Source of the DNA: an uncultured Trueperaceae bacterium
GTDB taxonomy: Bacteria; Deinococcota; Deinococci; Deinococcales; Trueperaceae
Direction: 5' to 3'
Assembly (NCBI GenBank): GCA_963815215.1
Contig: CAWFFU010000010.1
Coordinates: 256,001 to 320,000, forward strand
DNA length: 64,000 nucleotides
Shown here in pieces: positions 1 through 10,217 of this stretch; within the stretch, counting starts at the first letter, position 1; each line of letters begins with the position of its first letter. The notes beneath the pieces are model-generated. The model saw only the letters and a list, made by a program, of their open reading frames with translations, had not been told where the DNA came from and made no database searches. The position numbers and the translations under genes are program-made.

Positions 1-601
<601 letters not shown>

Positions 602-605
<4 letters not shown>

Positions 606-1645
606 GCCGGCTCCCGGTCGTGCCCTTCGGGCAGCGCGCGCAGGCGCTCGGCTGCCTGCTCGGCGGTGAGGTCGCGCTGCGGCTCGCCGAGCAACTCGAA
701 GCCGACCATGAACTTGCGCACCTCGGCCGAGCGCAGCAGCGGTGGGTAGAGGTGGGCGTGGAGTTGCCAGTGCCCCAGCTCGTCCTCGCCGTAGGGGGCG
801 CCGTGCCAGCCGAAGGAGTAGGGGAACGATGTCTCGAACAGGTTGTCGAGCTTGACCAGCATCGGTTTGAGCAGCGCCGCCAGCGCGTCGCGTTCCTCGC
901 TCGTCAGGTCGGGCAGGCGCGGCACGCGCCGCCGGCGCGGCAGCACCAGCAGCTCGAAGGGCCACACCGCCCAGAACGGAACGACGGCGAGCCAGTGCTC
1001 GTTCTCGACCACCACGCGCTCGCGTCGTTCGTGCTCGACCGCGGCGTAGTCGAGCAGCAGCGGCGCGCCATGCTCGGCGAGGTAGGCGCGCTGGCGGGCG
1101 TCCTCGCGGGTGGGCTCGGAGGGGACGGCGTCGAGCGCCCACACCTGACCGTGGGGGTGGGGGTTGCTGGCCCCCATCTGCGACCCCTTGTTCTCGAACA
1201 CCTGGACCCAGCGCCAGTCGCGGCCCAGCGCCTCGGTCCGTTCGGCCCACAGCTCCACCACGCGGCGGATGCCGGGCACGTCGAACTCCGCCAGGGTGAG
1301 GTCGTGGCGGGGCGAGAAGCAGATGACCTCGCAGGTGCCCCGCACGCCGCGCAAGCGCGTCAGCGGCTCTTCGGGCTCCGGCGCGCGTGGCGCTTCGGGG
1401 AGCAGCGCCGCATAGTCGTTGGTGAAGACGAAGGTCTCCTCGTAGTCGGGGTTCCTGGCGCCGCCGGCGCGCTCGTTGCCCGGACACAGGTAGCAGGCCG
1501 GGTCGTGCCGCGGCTTGCGTACCTCGGGCGGCCGCTCGGTGTGGCCCTGCCACGGCCGCTGCAGGCGGTGCGGCGAGACCAGCACCCAGTCGCCGGTGAG
1601 GGGGTTGAAGCGGCGGTGGGGATGCTCGGTGGGGTCGAAGGGCAC
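602..1645 (-). CDS. galT: Galactose-1-phosphate uridylyltransferase
   Basis: [25 protein letters not shown] and [18 protein letters not shown] motifs. GTG start follows an AAGGAGG RBS. Confidence 0.97.
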
Positions 1646-1746
1646 GGGCCCCCTCCTTTCGGAAGGACACGGGATGGGCGGCGCGGGCGTACGCCGAGCA
1701 CCAGCCACTCGAGCTTAGCAGCCGGTGGCGGGGGTGGCGATGTCGG

Positions 1747-1821
1747 GCGGGATGCGGCTGGGCGGGATCGTGCCGGTCGGGATCGTGTCGGGCGGAACCC
1801 TGCCGGGCGGGATCCTGTCGG
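1747..1821. repeat. Intergenic degenerate 15-bp tandem repeat, 5 units
   Basis: Units resembling gcgggatcgtgccgg lie between the beta-galactosidase gene and galT. Confidence 0.8.
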
Positions 1822-1832
1822 GCCGCCGCGCC

Positions 1833-3800
1833 TCACGCCGGTGGGTCGAGGAACGCCACCCCATGCCCGGGCACCGGGACGCCGTCGACGGTGGCGTCGT
1901 CGGCGCCGAAGTTGAGCAGCGCGCCGCGGCCGACGCGGCTGCGGCGTACGGACTCGGGCAGGTCCGTGGTGCCGACGCCGGCCTCGGCCAGCAGCGGCTC
2001 GAGCACGGCGCTCAGCAGGCCGGCATCGCCCCAGGCGCCGAGGGTGAGGCACGCTCCCTTCCCGACGGCGCGGCGGGTCAGCGCTGCGGCGCCGCCGTAG
2101 GCGGGCTCGCGGTAACGCGCGAGTACCTGCGCGGCCCCGGGTTCGGAGGCGTCCTCCACCTCGAGCAGATCGGCCCAGGTCGTGAAGCCGAGGACCGCAC
2201 CGTCGAGCTCGACCTCGCCCGTCACGCCCGGCCGAAGCGCGTCGACGCGGTCGATGCGCACCCCGCTGAGGCTCCGCAACGGGCCGGGGGCCGGCGCCTG
2301 GGCGACGTTGCTGCGCGTCTTGGCGCCGCTGCGGGGGCCCAGCAGGAGGCGGCCGCCCGCCTCGACGTAGCGCTGCAGGTGCTGCGCGCGCGCTTCGTCC
2401 ATCAGGTGGAGCGAGGGCGCGACCACCAACGAGAACGCTTCCAGGTCGCGGTCCGGGTGGGTGATCGCCACGTCGACGCCGAGGGCGCGAAGTACGCCGT
2501 AGAAGGCGAGCTGCAGGCCCCAGTAGCTCCAGCCTTCGGCGTGGGGCTGCAGCTCGGTGGCCCACAGGTCCTGGTAGTCCAGCAGCAGCGCCACCCGGGG
2601 GCGCGTGCCGGAGATCGGCGCCAGCTCCGTGGCCACGCGGCGGACCTCGGCGCTGGCGGGCGCCGGTCGGCCGTCGTGCAGCTCGAGGCCGGCGTGCATC
2701 AACTCCTGTGCGCCGAGGGCGGCGCGCCACCGGAAGTACGACACCACCTCGGCGCCGTGCGCGAAGGCCTGGTGCGCCCACAGCCGCACGGCCCCGTCGG
2801 CCGGCAGCGGGTTCGTCTTCGCCCAGTTCACCGCGCCCGGTTGCATCTCCATCACCCAGAAGGGCCGGTCCTTGAGGCCGCGCAGGAGGTCGTGGTTGAA
2901 GCCGATCAGGTCGGGGTGGCCGACCCGCAGGTAACGCTCCTTCACGGCGGCCGGCAGCGGGCTCTCCTCGAGCATGCCCAGAGGGTAGGCGTCCCAGGCC
3001 AGAAGGTCGAGGTCGGCGGCCAGCGCGAAGGCGTCGTAGTCGCCGAAGAAGCCCATGGTGTTGTGGAGGATCCTACGATCCGAGTGCGCGCGCAGGATGT
3101 CGACCTGCAGGCGGTTGTAACGCACCACCTGATCGGAGGCGAAGCGGTAGAAGTCGAGGCTGTGGCTGGGGTTCGCTTCGGTGACCGCCTGCCCCGGCAG
3201 CTCCACCTCGTCGAAGGTGCGGACTTCCTGGCTCCAGAAGACGGTCCACCACGCCTCGTTGAGGGCGTCCACACTGCCGTAGCGCTCGCGCAACCAGTCC
3301 TGGAAGGCGCTGCGGCAGCGCGGGCAGTAGCAGCGCACGGTGTCGTGGCAGCCGTACTCGTTGTCGGTCTGCCACGCTCCGACGCCGGGGTGCGCGCCGT
3401 AGCGCTCGGCCAGCAGCGTCACGATGCGGCGCGTCTCGGCCTGGTACGCGGGGCTGCTGAAGCACACGTGGCGGCGCGAGCCGAAGCCGCGCACGCGGCC
3501 GTCGCGGCCCACCGGCAGGATCTCCGGATGTCGATCGACCAGCCATTTGGGCGGCGTGGCGGTGGGGGTGCCTAGCACCACCTGCAGGCCCGCGTCGGCG
3601 AGGGTGTCGATGGCGCGGTCGAGCCAGCCGAAGGCCAGCCGGCCGGGCTCGGGCTCGAGCCGGCTCCAGGCGAACTCGCCGACGCGCACCCAGCGCAGGC
3701 CCAGCTCGGCCATGCGCCGGGCCTGGCGCTCCCAGCCCTCCTCGGGCCAGTGCTCCGGGTAGTAACAGACGCCGAGGGCGGATGACGGCAACTCAGGCAT
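1833..3800 (-). CDS. Beta-galactosidase, GH42 family
   Basis: [29 protein letters not shown] (acid/base), CYCPRC and VMEMQPG (nucleophile). Confidence 0.95.
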   Translation of the reverse strand: MPELPSSALGVCYYPEHWPEEGWERQARRMAELGLRWVRVGEFAWSRLEPEPGRLAFGWLDRAIDTLADAGLQVVLGTPTATPPKWLVDRHPEILPVGRDGRVRGFGSRRHVCFSSPAYQAETRRIVTLLAERYGAHPGVGAWQTDNEYGCHDTVRCYCPRCRSAFQDWLRERYGSVDALNEAWWTVFWSQEVRTFDEVELPGQAVTEANPSHSLDFYRFASDQVVRYNRLQVDILRAHSDRRILHNTMGFFGDYDAFALAADLDLLAWDAYPLGMLEESPLPAAVKERYLRVGHPDLIGFNHDLLRGLKDRPFWVMEMQPGAVNWAKTNPLPADGAVRLWAHQAFAHGAEVVSYFRWRAALGAQELMHAGLELHDGRPAPASAEVRRVATELAPISGTRPRVALLLDYQDLWATELQPHAEGWSYWGLQLAFYGVLRALGVDVAITHPDRDLEAFSLVVAPSLHLMDEARAQHLQRYVEAGGRLLLGPRSGAKTRSNVAQAPAPGPLRSLSGVRIDRVDALRPGVTGEVELDGAVLGFTTWADLLEVEDASEPGAAQVLARYREPAYGGAAALTRRAVGKGACLTLGAWGDAGLLSAVLEPLLAEAGVGTTDLPESVRRSRVGRGALLNFGADDATVDGVPVPGHGVAFLDPPA

Positions 3801-3830
3801 GGGGTCCTCGATTCAGCGGGCGGGGGCCGG

Positions 3831-4661
3831 TCAGTCCTTGACCGCGCCCGCGGTGATGCCCGCCACGAAGTAGCGTTGCAGGAACATGAACAGCACCAGG
3901 AAGGGCACCGTGGCGATGGCGGTGCCGACCATGATGCCGCCCCACGACACGCGGGTGAGGCCTACCAGGGTGCCCAGTGCCACCGGGATGGTGTAGGCCT
4001 GCTTCTGCGTCAGGATGAGCAGTGGCCAGAAGAAGTCGTTCCACTGGAACAGGAACACCACGATCGCCACCGCGGCCAGCGCCGGCCGCATGATCGGCAG
4101 CACCACCTGCAGGAAGATGCGGGCCTCCCCGGCACCGTCGATGCGGGCGGCCTCCAGCAGCTCGCTGGGCACCGACAGCATGTTCTGGCGCATGAAGAAG
4201 ATGCCGAGTGGGTAGGCGAGCCACGGCAGGATGACGGCGATCCAGGTGTTGGACAGGCGCAGGTCGCGCGCGATGAGCAGGTACTGCGGGATGGCGCGCA
4301 CCTCGAACGGGATGGTGAGCGCGGCGACCACCACCATGAACAGGGCGGCGCGGCCGCGGAAGGAGAACTTGGCGAAGGCATACCCGCCCATGGCCGAGAT
4401 CATGGTGGCGAACAGCGTGAAGATGGAGGCGATGGCGACCGAGTTGAAGACGTTGCGCAGGAACGGCAGGTCGCTGTTGAGGTCCTTCCAGTTGGCCGCC
4501 AGGCTGCTACCCGGCGCCAGGCTGGGCGGCACCGACAGGATCTGGTGGTTGGCCTTGGTGGCGGCCACGATCATCCACACGATGGGCATCAGGAAGGCCA
4601 GCGCCAGCACCAGCATGCCGCCGTTGAGTGCGATCGCCTGGACGAGCCGCTGGCGCCTCAC
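3831..4661 (-). CDS. Carbohydrate ABC transporter permease (MalG-like)
   Basis: ELLEAARIDGAG (EAA) motif and WNDFFWPL. The GTG start overlaps the upstream stop. Confidence 0.93.
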   Translation of the reverse strand: MRRQRLVQAIALNGGMLVLALAFLMPIVWMIVAATKANHQILSVPPSLAPGSSLAANWKDLNSDLPFLRNVFNSVAIASIFTLFATMISAMGGYAFAKFSFRGRAALFMVVVAALTIPFEVRAIPQYLLIARDLRLSNTWIAVILPWLAYPLGIFFMRQNMLSVPSELLEAARIDGAGEARIFLQVVLPIMRPALAAVAIVVFLFQWNDFFWPLLILTQKQAYTIPVALGTLVGLTRVSWGGIMVGTAIATVPFLVLFMFLQRYFVAGITAGAVKD

Positions 4662-5575
4662 GGCTCCCGCCCCCCGACCACGCGGATCTGGATGAACGAG
4701 AACACCGCCGCGATCAGCGCCACGGTGTAGGCGATGGCAGAGGCGTAACCGAAGTTGAACGAGCGGAAGCCCTGCTTGTACAGGTAGGTGATGAGCGTCT
4801 CGGTGGCGCCGCCCGGCCCGGTGCTGGTGATCAGCCAGGGCTCGGTGAAGAGCTGCAGCGTGCCGATAGTGGAGAGTACGAAGCAGAACAGCAGCACCGG
4901 TCTGAGCAGCGGCAGCGTGATCCGCAGGAACTGCTGCCAGCCGCTGGCCCCGTCGATCCGGGCCGCCTCGTAGAGCGACAGCGGGATCGACTGCAGGCCC
5001 GAAAGCAGGATGATGGCGTTGTAACCGGTCCAGCGCCAGGTGATGGCGATCATCACCGTGATGAGTGCCGGTGCCCCTTGCGACAGCCAGTTCACCGCCG
5101 ACAGCCCGAGAACGTGCAGGCCGTAGTTGAGCACGCCGAACTCGGTGTTGAAGATCAGGCGGAAGACGGCGGAGTACGGTACCGCCCCGAGCACGAGCGG
5201 CGCGAAGAAGGCGAAGCGGAAGAAGCCCTTGAGGCGTAGCAGGTCGCTGTTGAAGGCGATCGCCAAAGCCACGGCCAGCACGAGCATCACGGGCACCTGC
5301 ACCACCAGGATGGTCATGGTGTTGCCGAGCGCCTTCCAGAAGAAGGGGTCGTGGATGAGCCGGTCCCAGTTGAACGTCCAGCTGAAGGTCCATGGGCGCC
5401 GGCGGGTGTTGACGAACGAAAGATAGAACGAGTACACGATCGGGTAGATCCAGAAGAGCGCGAACAGCGCGAAGAACGGGCTGAGGAAGAGATAGGGCGT
5501 CAAGGGGCTGCGGTGGCGGCGCGATCGGTGTGGTGCCCCGGAGGGCGCGGCCGCGCGGCCGCTGTCGAGGCTCAC
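4658..5575 (-). CDS. Carbohydrate ABC transporter permease (MalF-like)
   Basis: LQSIPLSLYEAARIDGA motif and multiple TM segments. Confidence 0.93.
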   Translation of the reverse strand: MSLDSGRAAAPSGAPHRSRRHRSPLTPYLFLSPFFALFALFWIYPIVYSFYLSFVNTRRRPWTFSWTFNWDRLIHDPFFWKALGNTMTILVVQVPVMLVLAVALAIAFNSDLLRLKGFFRFAFFAPLVLGAVPYSAVFRLIFNTEFGVLNYGLHVLGLSAVNWLSQGAPALITVMIAITWRWTGYNAIILLSGLQSIPLSLYEAARIDGASGWQQFLRITLPLLRPVLLFCFVLSTIGTLQLFTEPWLITSTGPGGATETLITYLYKQGFRSFNFGYASAIAYTVALIAAVFSFIQIRVVGGREP

Positions 5576-5674
5576 GGGACCCTCCCTTGGCGTGACGGGA
5601 GCGGGTCGCGGTCCGATGGCGGGCGCCTGGACATGGACGCTGCGTTCATGGTGACCGGGCTCGAGGGGGCCGGT

Positions 5675-5709
5675 GGGTCCGGCGCGCGCGATACGCGCGC
5701 GCCGGACCC
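5675..5709 (-). terminator. Perfect 16-bp stem-loop after the binding-protein gene (stability element or partial terminator)
   Basis: gggtccggcgcgcgcg-ata-cgcgcgcgccggaccc. Confidence 0.6.
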
Positions 5710-5716
5710 CTTCCGG

Positions 5717-6976
5717 CTACTTCGCGACCGGCAGGCCCGTGGCCTGCGAGATCTGCCGGGCCGCGGTGTCGAGTGCGGTCTGGCCGTCGGGGTACTTGCC
5801 GTCGAGGTAGTCGTTGACGACGGCGATCATGACGTTGCGCGCTTCCTGGAAGTACTGCGTCCCCACCACGGGCGGGACGTCGCCCAGGGTGCCGAGGATG
5901 GTCTTCCAGATCGGTTGGTTGTCGAAGTAGGGAACGCCCTGGTCGAGGCGCGGGTCGCCCATGACGGACAGCAGCGAGGGCGTCAGGCCGTACTTGAACA
6001 GGATGTTGATCTGGTTGTCCTTGTTGGCCAGCGCGTTGGTGATGAAGTCGTAGGCGAGCTTGGGGTTCTTCGACGAGCTCGGGATGGCCAGCGCGGAGCC
6101 GCCGAGGTTGGAGGCGCGCACGCCGCCCACCGTCAGCGCCGGGGTGATGTAGACGCCCCACTTGCCGCTCTGGTCGGGCGCCTCGGACTCGATGGTGCCG
6201 GCGTACCAGGAGCCGAAGAAGGCGGACGCTTCCTTGCTCTGCTGGAAGAACTGGATCTGGTTGCCCCAGTCGCCGGGCCACAGGATGCCGGCGTCCCACA
6301 GCTTCTTCATCGTGTCCATGGCGGTGACGCAGCCGGGTTGGTTGACGGTGACGTTGTCGCCGGCATTGTCGAAGTAGAAGCAGCCGGCCTGGTTGGCGAG
6401 CATGCGGAACCACTCGTCGTCCGTGCCCTTGGCGATGGTACCCATCTTGACGTCGCCGTTGAAGTGGGCGACGAGCTTCTTGCCCTCGGTGGCGAAGTCG
6501 TCCCAGGTCTGGATGGAGGCGGGGTCGATGCCCGCCTGCTGGTAGAGGTCACGCCGGTAGAAGATCGCCGTGGGGCCGGAGTCGTAGGGGATGGCGTAGA
6601 TGGTGCCGTCCTGAGTGAGCTCCGCCCACTTGAAGGCGGGGAAATCCGGCTTGAGGTTCTCGGCACCGAGCGTGCGCAGGTCGGTGAAGCAGTCCGGGAA
6701 CTGCGCCCAGAACACCTGGGCCTCGTTGTTCTCGACCAGGTAGATGTCGGGCATGTCGAGGCCACCGGCGGCGCAACCGGCGAGTCCACGGTCGTAGACG
6801 TTCTGGTTGCCGAGGTCCTCCACGTTGACCTTGACGCCGGGGTGCATCTGCTGGAAGCTGGCGACGGTGCTCTCCAGCGCCGCCTTGTTGATGTCCCACA
6901 CCCAGACGTCGAGCGTCTGGGCGCTGACCAGGCCGGTCAGCACGAGCGTGGCGAGAACGAGCATGATGCGTCTCAA
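5717..6976 (-). CDS. Sugar ABC transporter substrate-binding protein
   Basis: Signal peptide and family-1 SBP motifs (GTIYAIPYDSGPTAIFYRRDLY, GGSALAI). The TTG at 6976 fits the AAGGAGG RBS best. Confidence 0.92.
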   Translation of the reverse strand: MRRIMLVLATLVLTGLVSAQTLDVWVWDINKAALESTVASFQQMHPGVKVNVEDLGNQNVYDRGLAGCAAGGLDMPDIYLVENNEAQVFWAQFPDCFTDLRTLGAENLKPDFPAFKWAELTQDGTIYAIPYDSGPTAIFYRRDLYQQAGIDPASIQTWDDFATEGKKLVAHFNGDVKMGTIAKGTDDEWFRMLANQAGCFYFDNAGDNVTVNQPGCVTAMDTMKKLWDAGILWPGDWGNQIQFFQQSKEASAFFGSWYAGTIESEAPDQSGKWGVYITPALTVGGVRASNLGGSALAIPSSSKNPKLAYDFITNALANKDNQINILFKYGLTPSLLSVMGDPRLDQGVPYFDNQPIWKTILGTLGDVPPVVGTQYFQEARNVMIAVVNDYLDGKYPDGQTALDTAARQISQATGLPVAK

Positions 6977-7184
6977 CCGATCCACCTCCTTCGGCGGGCA
7001 TGTGTCCCGACGCCGCGGGCCCTTCCGTATTGGTGCGACGGTCGGGGTGCTGAGGCGCAGGGCGTGCCAGCCGTGACGGCGCCGTCACCCCCTCCGGGTG
7101 GTCGCTGGGAAGGTGGGGTCTGAAACCGAGACCCTCCGCCCAGGACGGTTCCGGTGCCGACTGCGCGGTACGCGCGTTGCCTCG

Positions 7185-7213
7185 ACAGTAGCCACGCCCA
7201 AACCGGCCGTCAA
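7185..7213 (-). promoter_or_regulatory. Sigma70-like promoter of the galactoside operon
   Basis: TTGACG-17 nt-TACTGT on the minus strand, implying a leader of about 200 nt. Confidence 0.6.
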
Positions 7214-7278
7214 AGGCGATTGTCCCGGGGCTGGGCCGGTCTCCGGCGGGGACCGCCAGAGGCCCTGGTGGCGGTGAT

Positions 7279-7902
7279 CTAGCCGGGTCGTTCGAGCAGA
7301 ACGTCGACCAGCGCGCCGCGCAGCAGGCCGCGGTAGACGCCGTCGATGGCGAGTACGTCTGCGGCCACCTCGACCGTCGGGTAGCGCGGGTTGTGAGGGC
7401 GCAGGGCGTAGCGGCCCGGCGCGAGCCGGTCGAGGTACTTGAGGGTCACGTCGCTCCCCTCGACCCGCACGGCGCAGATCTCGCCGCTGCGCTGCGGCTG
7501 CCGGTCGGCGAACAGCACCACATCGCCGTCCTGGATGAGATCGGCCATGGAGTCGCCCTCGACGCGTAGCGCGAAGGAGCCTTGCTGCATGCCGGTGAGC
7601 GGGAGGAAGCCCTCGGCCTCGGCCAGCGCTTCGCTGAGGGCCCCGGCCGGGATGCCGCCGAGGACGGGAACCCCGGTGGCGATCGCCGGCAGCGCCAGGT
7701 AGGGAGAGTGGCCGCGGCCGCGGCTCTCGAACACCAGGAAGCCCTTGCGGTGCAGGGCCTCCAGGTGTTGCTTGAGCGAGACGTAGTGCACGCCCATGGA
7801 GCGTGCGAACGCCGACAGCTCGGGCATGGTGCCGGTGCGGCGGTGGTGCTCGCGCAGGCGCTCGTAGACCTTGCGTTGGGTGGGGGAGAGGTCTTCCTTC
7901 AC
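7279..7902 (-). CDS. lexA: LexA-family repressor (winged HTH plus S24 peptidase)
   Basis: N-terminal LSPTQRKVYE...HLEALHRKGFL, Ala-Gly cleavage site (IPAG), catalytic Ser (VEGDSM) and Lys (TLKY). Confidence 0.85.
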   Translation of the reverse strand: MKEDLSPTQRKVYERLREHHRRTGTMPELSAFARSMGVHYVSLKQHLEALHRKGFLVFESRGRGHSPYLALPAIATGVPVLGGIPAGALSEALAEAEGFLPLTGMQQGSFALRVEGDSMADLIQDGDVVLFADRQPQRSGEICAVRVEGSDVTLKYLDRLAPGRYALRPHNPRYPTVEVAADVLAIDGVYRGLLRGALVDVLLERPG

Positions 7903-7903
7903 G

Positions 7904-7942
7904 TTACCTTAAATGGTAAGGTGGCGCGGTGGGTGCTGTCAA
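7904..7942 (-). promoter_or_regulatory. lexA promoter with overlapping palindromic operator
   Basis: TTGACA-18 nt-TACCAT. The palindrome TTACC-N6-GGTAA (7904-7919) covers the -10. Confidence 0.7.
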
Positions 7943-8099
7943 CGCCGGGCGCTCGGGCGGCCCATCGTACGGGCCCCGCCCCGTACGGGGTCCGGCGCGC
8001 GGTCGGCGGACGCTCGGCACGCCTCGCGCTGGACGCGCACGGGAGGGAGAGTGCGTGTGCAGGACGGCGGAGAGGCTTCTTCCACCGGCCCCGACGGGG

Positions 8100-8129
8100 T
8101 AGACAAGACGGCCGCCGTGCTGCTATAGT
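8100..8129 (+). promoter_or_regulatory. Promoter of the crp-like gene
   Basis: TAGACA-18 nt-TATAGT with an extended -10 (TGc). Confidence 0.65.
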
Positions 8130-8219
8130 TTTTGTAGTTGGTTCGCTCTTCCCGCGTCCTCAGGCATGGACGCGTTTTCCCACACGAGACAACGAACCGT
8201 TCGAGGAGCTGAAGGGAGC

Positions 8220-8924
8220 ATGATGCTCGACACTTTTGAATCACTCGTGACGCCGTCGAACTGCGAGGCACCCGACATCGTCCCGCGCGGGCTGGCCCTG
8301 CCGACGCGTACGTTGGAGCCTGGGCAGGTGTTGTTCGAGGCGGATCGTGAGGCGAGCAACCTGTACGTGGTGAACTTCGGGGTGCTGAAGGCGGTGGTGC
8401 CGACCAGTCTGGGTCGGGATCGTATCGCCGATCTGTACGGCGCCGGGGACGTGCTCGGTTTGAGCGCGTTGGACGGCGGTCTGCACGCCGAGACGGTGAT
8501 CGCGGTGCACGATGCGTGCCTCACCCCGATCGATCCGAAGCAGGCGATGAACGATCGCAGCTTGCGTGATTACGTGCTGCGCAGCCTGGCGCGGCAGTTG
8601 CGGCGTTCCCGCGAGATGCTGGACGAAGCCGAGATGCCGGTCGGTGCGCGCGTCACCCGCGCGTTCCTGCGCTTGGCGCGGCAGTTCGGGCAGCCCAGCG
8701 ACGGTGCGTCGTCGGCGGACGGCATCGAGGGCGGCGTGAAGCTGCCGCTGGCGTTGACGCATGAGGATCTGGCGGATCTCACCGGCTCGAGCCGGGTGAC
8801 CATCACCCGCATCCTCGGCGAGCTGCGGTCCGACGGCGCTCTGGAGGGCACCCGCGGCGTGTACGTCGCCAACCTCGAGGGGTTGGAGCGCGCCACCGAT
8901 CACTACGTCATGCAGGTGCTCTGA
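8220..8924 (+). CDS. Crp/Fnr family transcriptional regulator
   Basis: cNMP-binding-like domain and C-terminal HTH LTHEDLADLTGSSRVTITRIL. No FNR-type Cys cluster. Confidence 0.9.
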   Translation: MMLDTFESLVTPSNCEAPDIVPRGLALPTRTLEPGQVLFEADREASNLYVVNFGVLKAVVPTSLGRDRIADLYGAGDVLGLSALDGGLHAETVIAVHDACLTPIDPKQAMNDRSLRDYVLRSLARQLRRSREMLDEAEMPVGARVTRAFLRLARQFGQPSDGASSADGIEGGVKLPLALTHEDLADLTGSSRVTITRILGELRSDGALEGTRGVYVANLEGLERATDHYVMQVL

Positions 8925-8951
8925 CCCAGCGCCCGCTATCCCGCTCGCTCT

Positions 8952-8984
8952 GCACCGCCCCGGCCACGAAGGCCGGGGCGGTGC
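8952..8984 (+). terminator. 14-bp stem-loop after the crp-like gene
   Basis: gcaccgccccggcc-acgaa-ggccggggcggtgc followed by tcgtt. Confidence 0.6.
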
Positions 8985-9087
8985 TCGTTGGGACCGGCCG
9001 CCGCGACGTTCCGCGGGAGCCCTCGAGTCGCCGGCGTAGGGTGGGACGGCCCACCGCTCCGGCGAGGCTCCTATACTCGTAGCTGGC

Positions 9088-9672
9088 ATGTTGACCTTCA
9101 CCGATTCCGCCCGCAAGCGCGTCGCGCACTTCCTCGAGATGCAGCAGGACCAGCAGGTGAGCGCACTCCGCATCGCCGGCGACCGCACCTCGCAGCGGCT
9201 GTGGCTGGTCAAGCCCAGCGACCGCGAGGAGACGGACGCCGTGTTCCGCGTCGATGCCTTCGACGTCTACCTCGATCCGCTGACCTCGGACCGGCTCTCC
9301 GGTGCCACCGTCGACTTCGTCGAAGGTGCCATGCAGAGCGGCTTCCGGGTGTTCTTCCCCAGCCCGAGCTGGGACGACCCCCTGGCCCAGAAGGTCCAGG
9401 ACGTCATCGATACCGTGATCAACCCCGGGGTGGCGGCGCACAGTGGCAACGTCAGCCTCGAGAGCGTCGACGGCGGCGTCGCCTACATCTCCTTCGGCGG
9501 CGGCTGCCAGGGCTGCGGCGCGGCCGACGTCACGCTCAAGAGCGGGGTCGAGCGCATCCTCAAGCAGCACGTTCCCGAGATCACCGCGGTGCGCGACGGC
9601 ACGGATCATGCCGCCGGGACCAACCCCTTCTACGTGTCGACCGACGGCGCCAAGGAATCGCCGCTGTCCTGA
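9088..9672 (+). CDS. nfuA: Fe-S biogenesis protein NfuA-like (degenerate A-type domain plus NifU-C)
   Basis: LSGATVDFVEG..GF and INPGVAAHSG...GGCQGC. Confidence 0.85.
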   Translation: MLTFTDSARKRVAHFLEMQQDQQVSALRIAGDRTSQRLWLVKPSDREETDAVFRVDAFDVYLDPLTSDRLSGATVDFVEGAMQSGFRVFFPSPSWDDPLAQKVQDVIDTVINPGVAAHSGNVSLESVDGGVAYISFGGGCQGCGAADVTLKSGVERILKQHVPEITAVRDGTDHAAGTNPFYVSTDGAKESPLS

Positions 9673-9691
9673 CCTGCCGCCGGGACCCGAG

Positions 9692-10072
9692 CTAGCGGGT
9701 CGCCAGCAGGGCGTTGATGGCGCCGCGCAGGTCGGTGCCCGTCAGCGGTTTGTTGAGGAACAGATCGGCGCCCACGTCTTCGGCGCGACGGCGCGTGTCT
9801 TCGTCGGTGAGCGCCGTCATGATGATGATCGGCACGTGCTTCAGCCGGGTCAGGCGGCGGGCCCGCGCACATACGTCGAGGCCCGTCATGAACGGCATGT
9901 TCACGTCCAGGATCATCAGGTCGGGTGTGTGCGACTGCAGGTAGGTGAGGGCGTCATGCCCGTTCTCGACTCCGACCACCTCGAACGTGTAGGCGCTGAG
10001 AACGAGCTCGAGCAGACGGAGATGACCTAGGTCGTCGTCCGCGACCAACACGGTCCGGTTGGGCGCACTCAT
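9692..10072 (-). CDS. Single-domain response regulator (REC)
   Basis: VLVADDD, LMILDVNMP, IIMTA, FLNKP. TATGCT lies 5 nt before the ATG. Confidence 0.92.
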   Translation of the reverse strand: MSAPNRTVLVADDDLGHLRLLELVLSAYTFEVVGVENGHDALTYLQSHTPDLMILDVNMPFMTGLDVCARARRLTRLKHVPIIIMTALTDEDTRRRAEDVGADLFLNKPLTGTDLRGAINALLATR

Positions 10073-10217
10073 AGGGCAGCATAGGCCCTGGCCTCTTACG
10101 GGATTCTGACGGCTGCGTGCCGGACCGGATCGGTGCGGGTCTGCAGTGGCCGTCGCCGGTGCCGTGCCCGGCAGTATACTCGCCCAACCCGGCCCCCGGC
10201 CGAGCAGGACGGTGCCC

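Noticed and set aside
1747..1821. Short repeat arrays as possible CRISPR arrays
   Set aside because: Units are 11-15 nt and directly tandem, with no unique spacers and no cas genes.
7904..7919. Palindrome as a DdrO-bound RDRM or an NtcA box
   Set aside because: It is 16 bp, whereas RDRM is 17 bp with different inner bases. The half-sites are inverted (TAC-N8-GTA) relative to NtcA GTA-N8-TAC.
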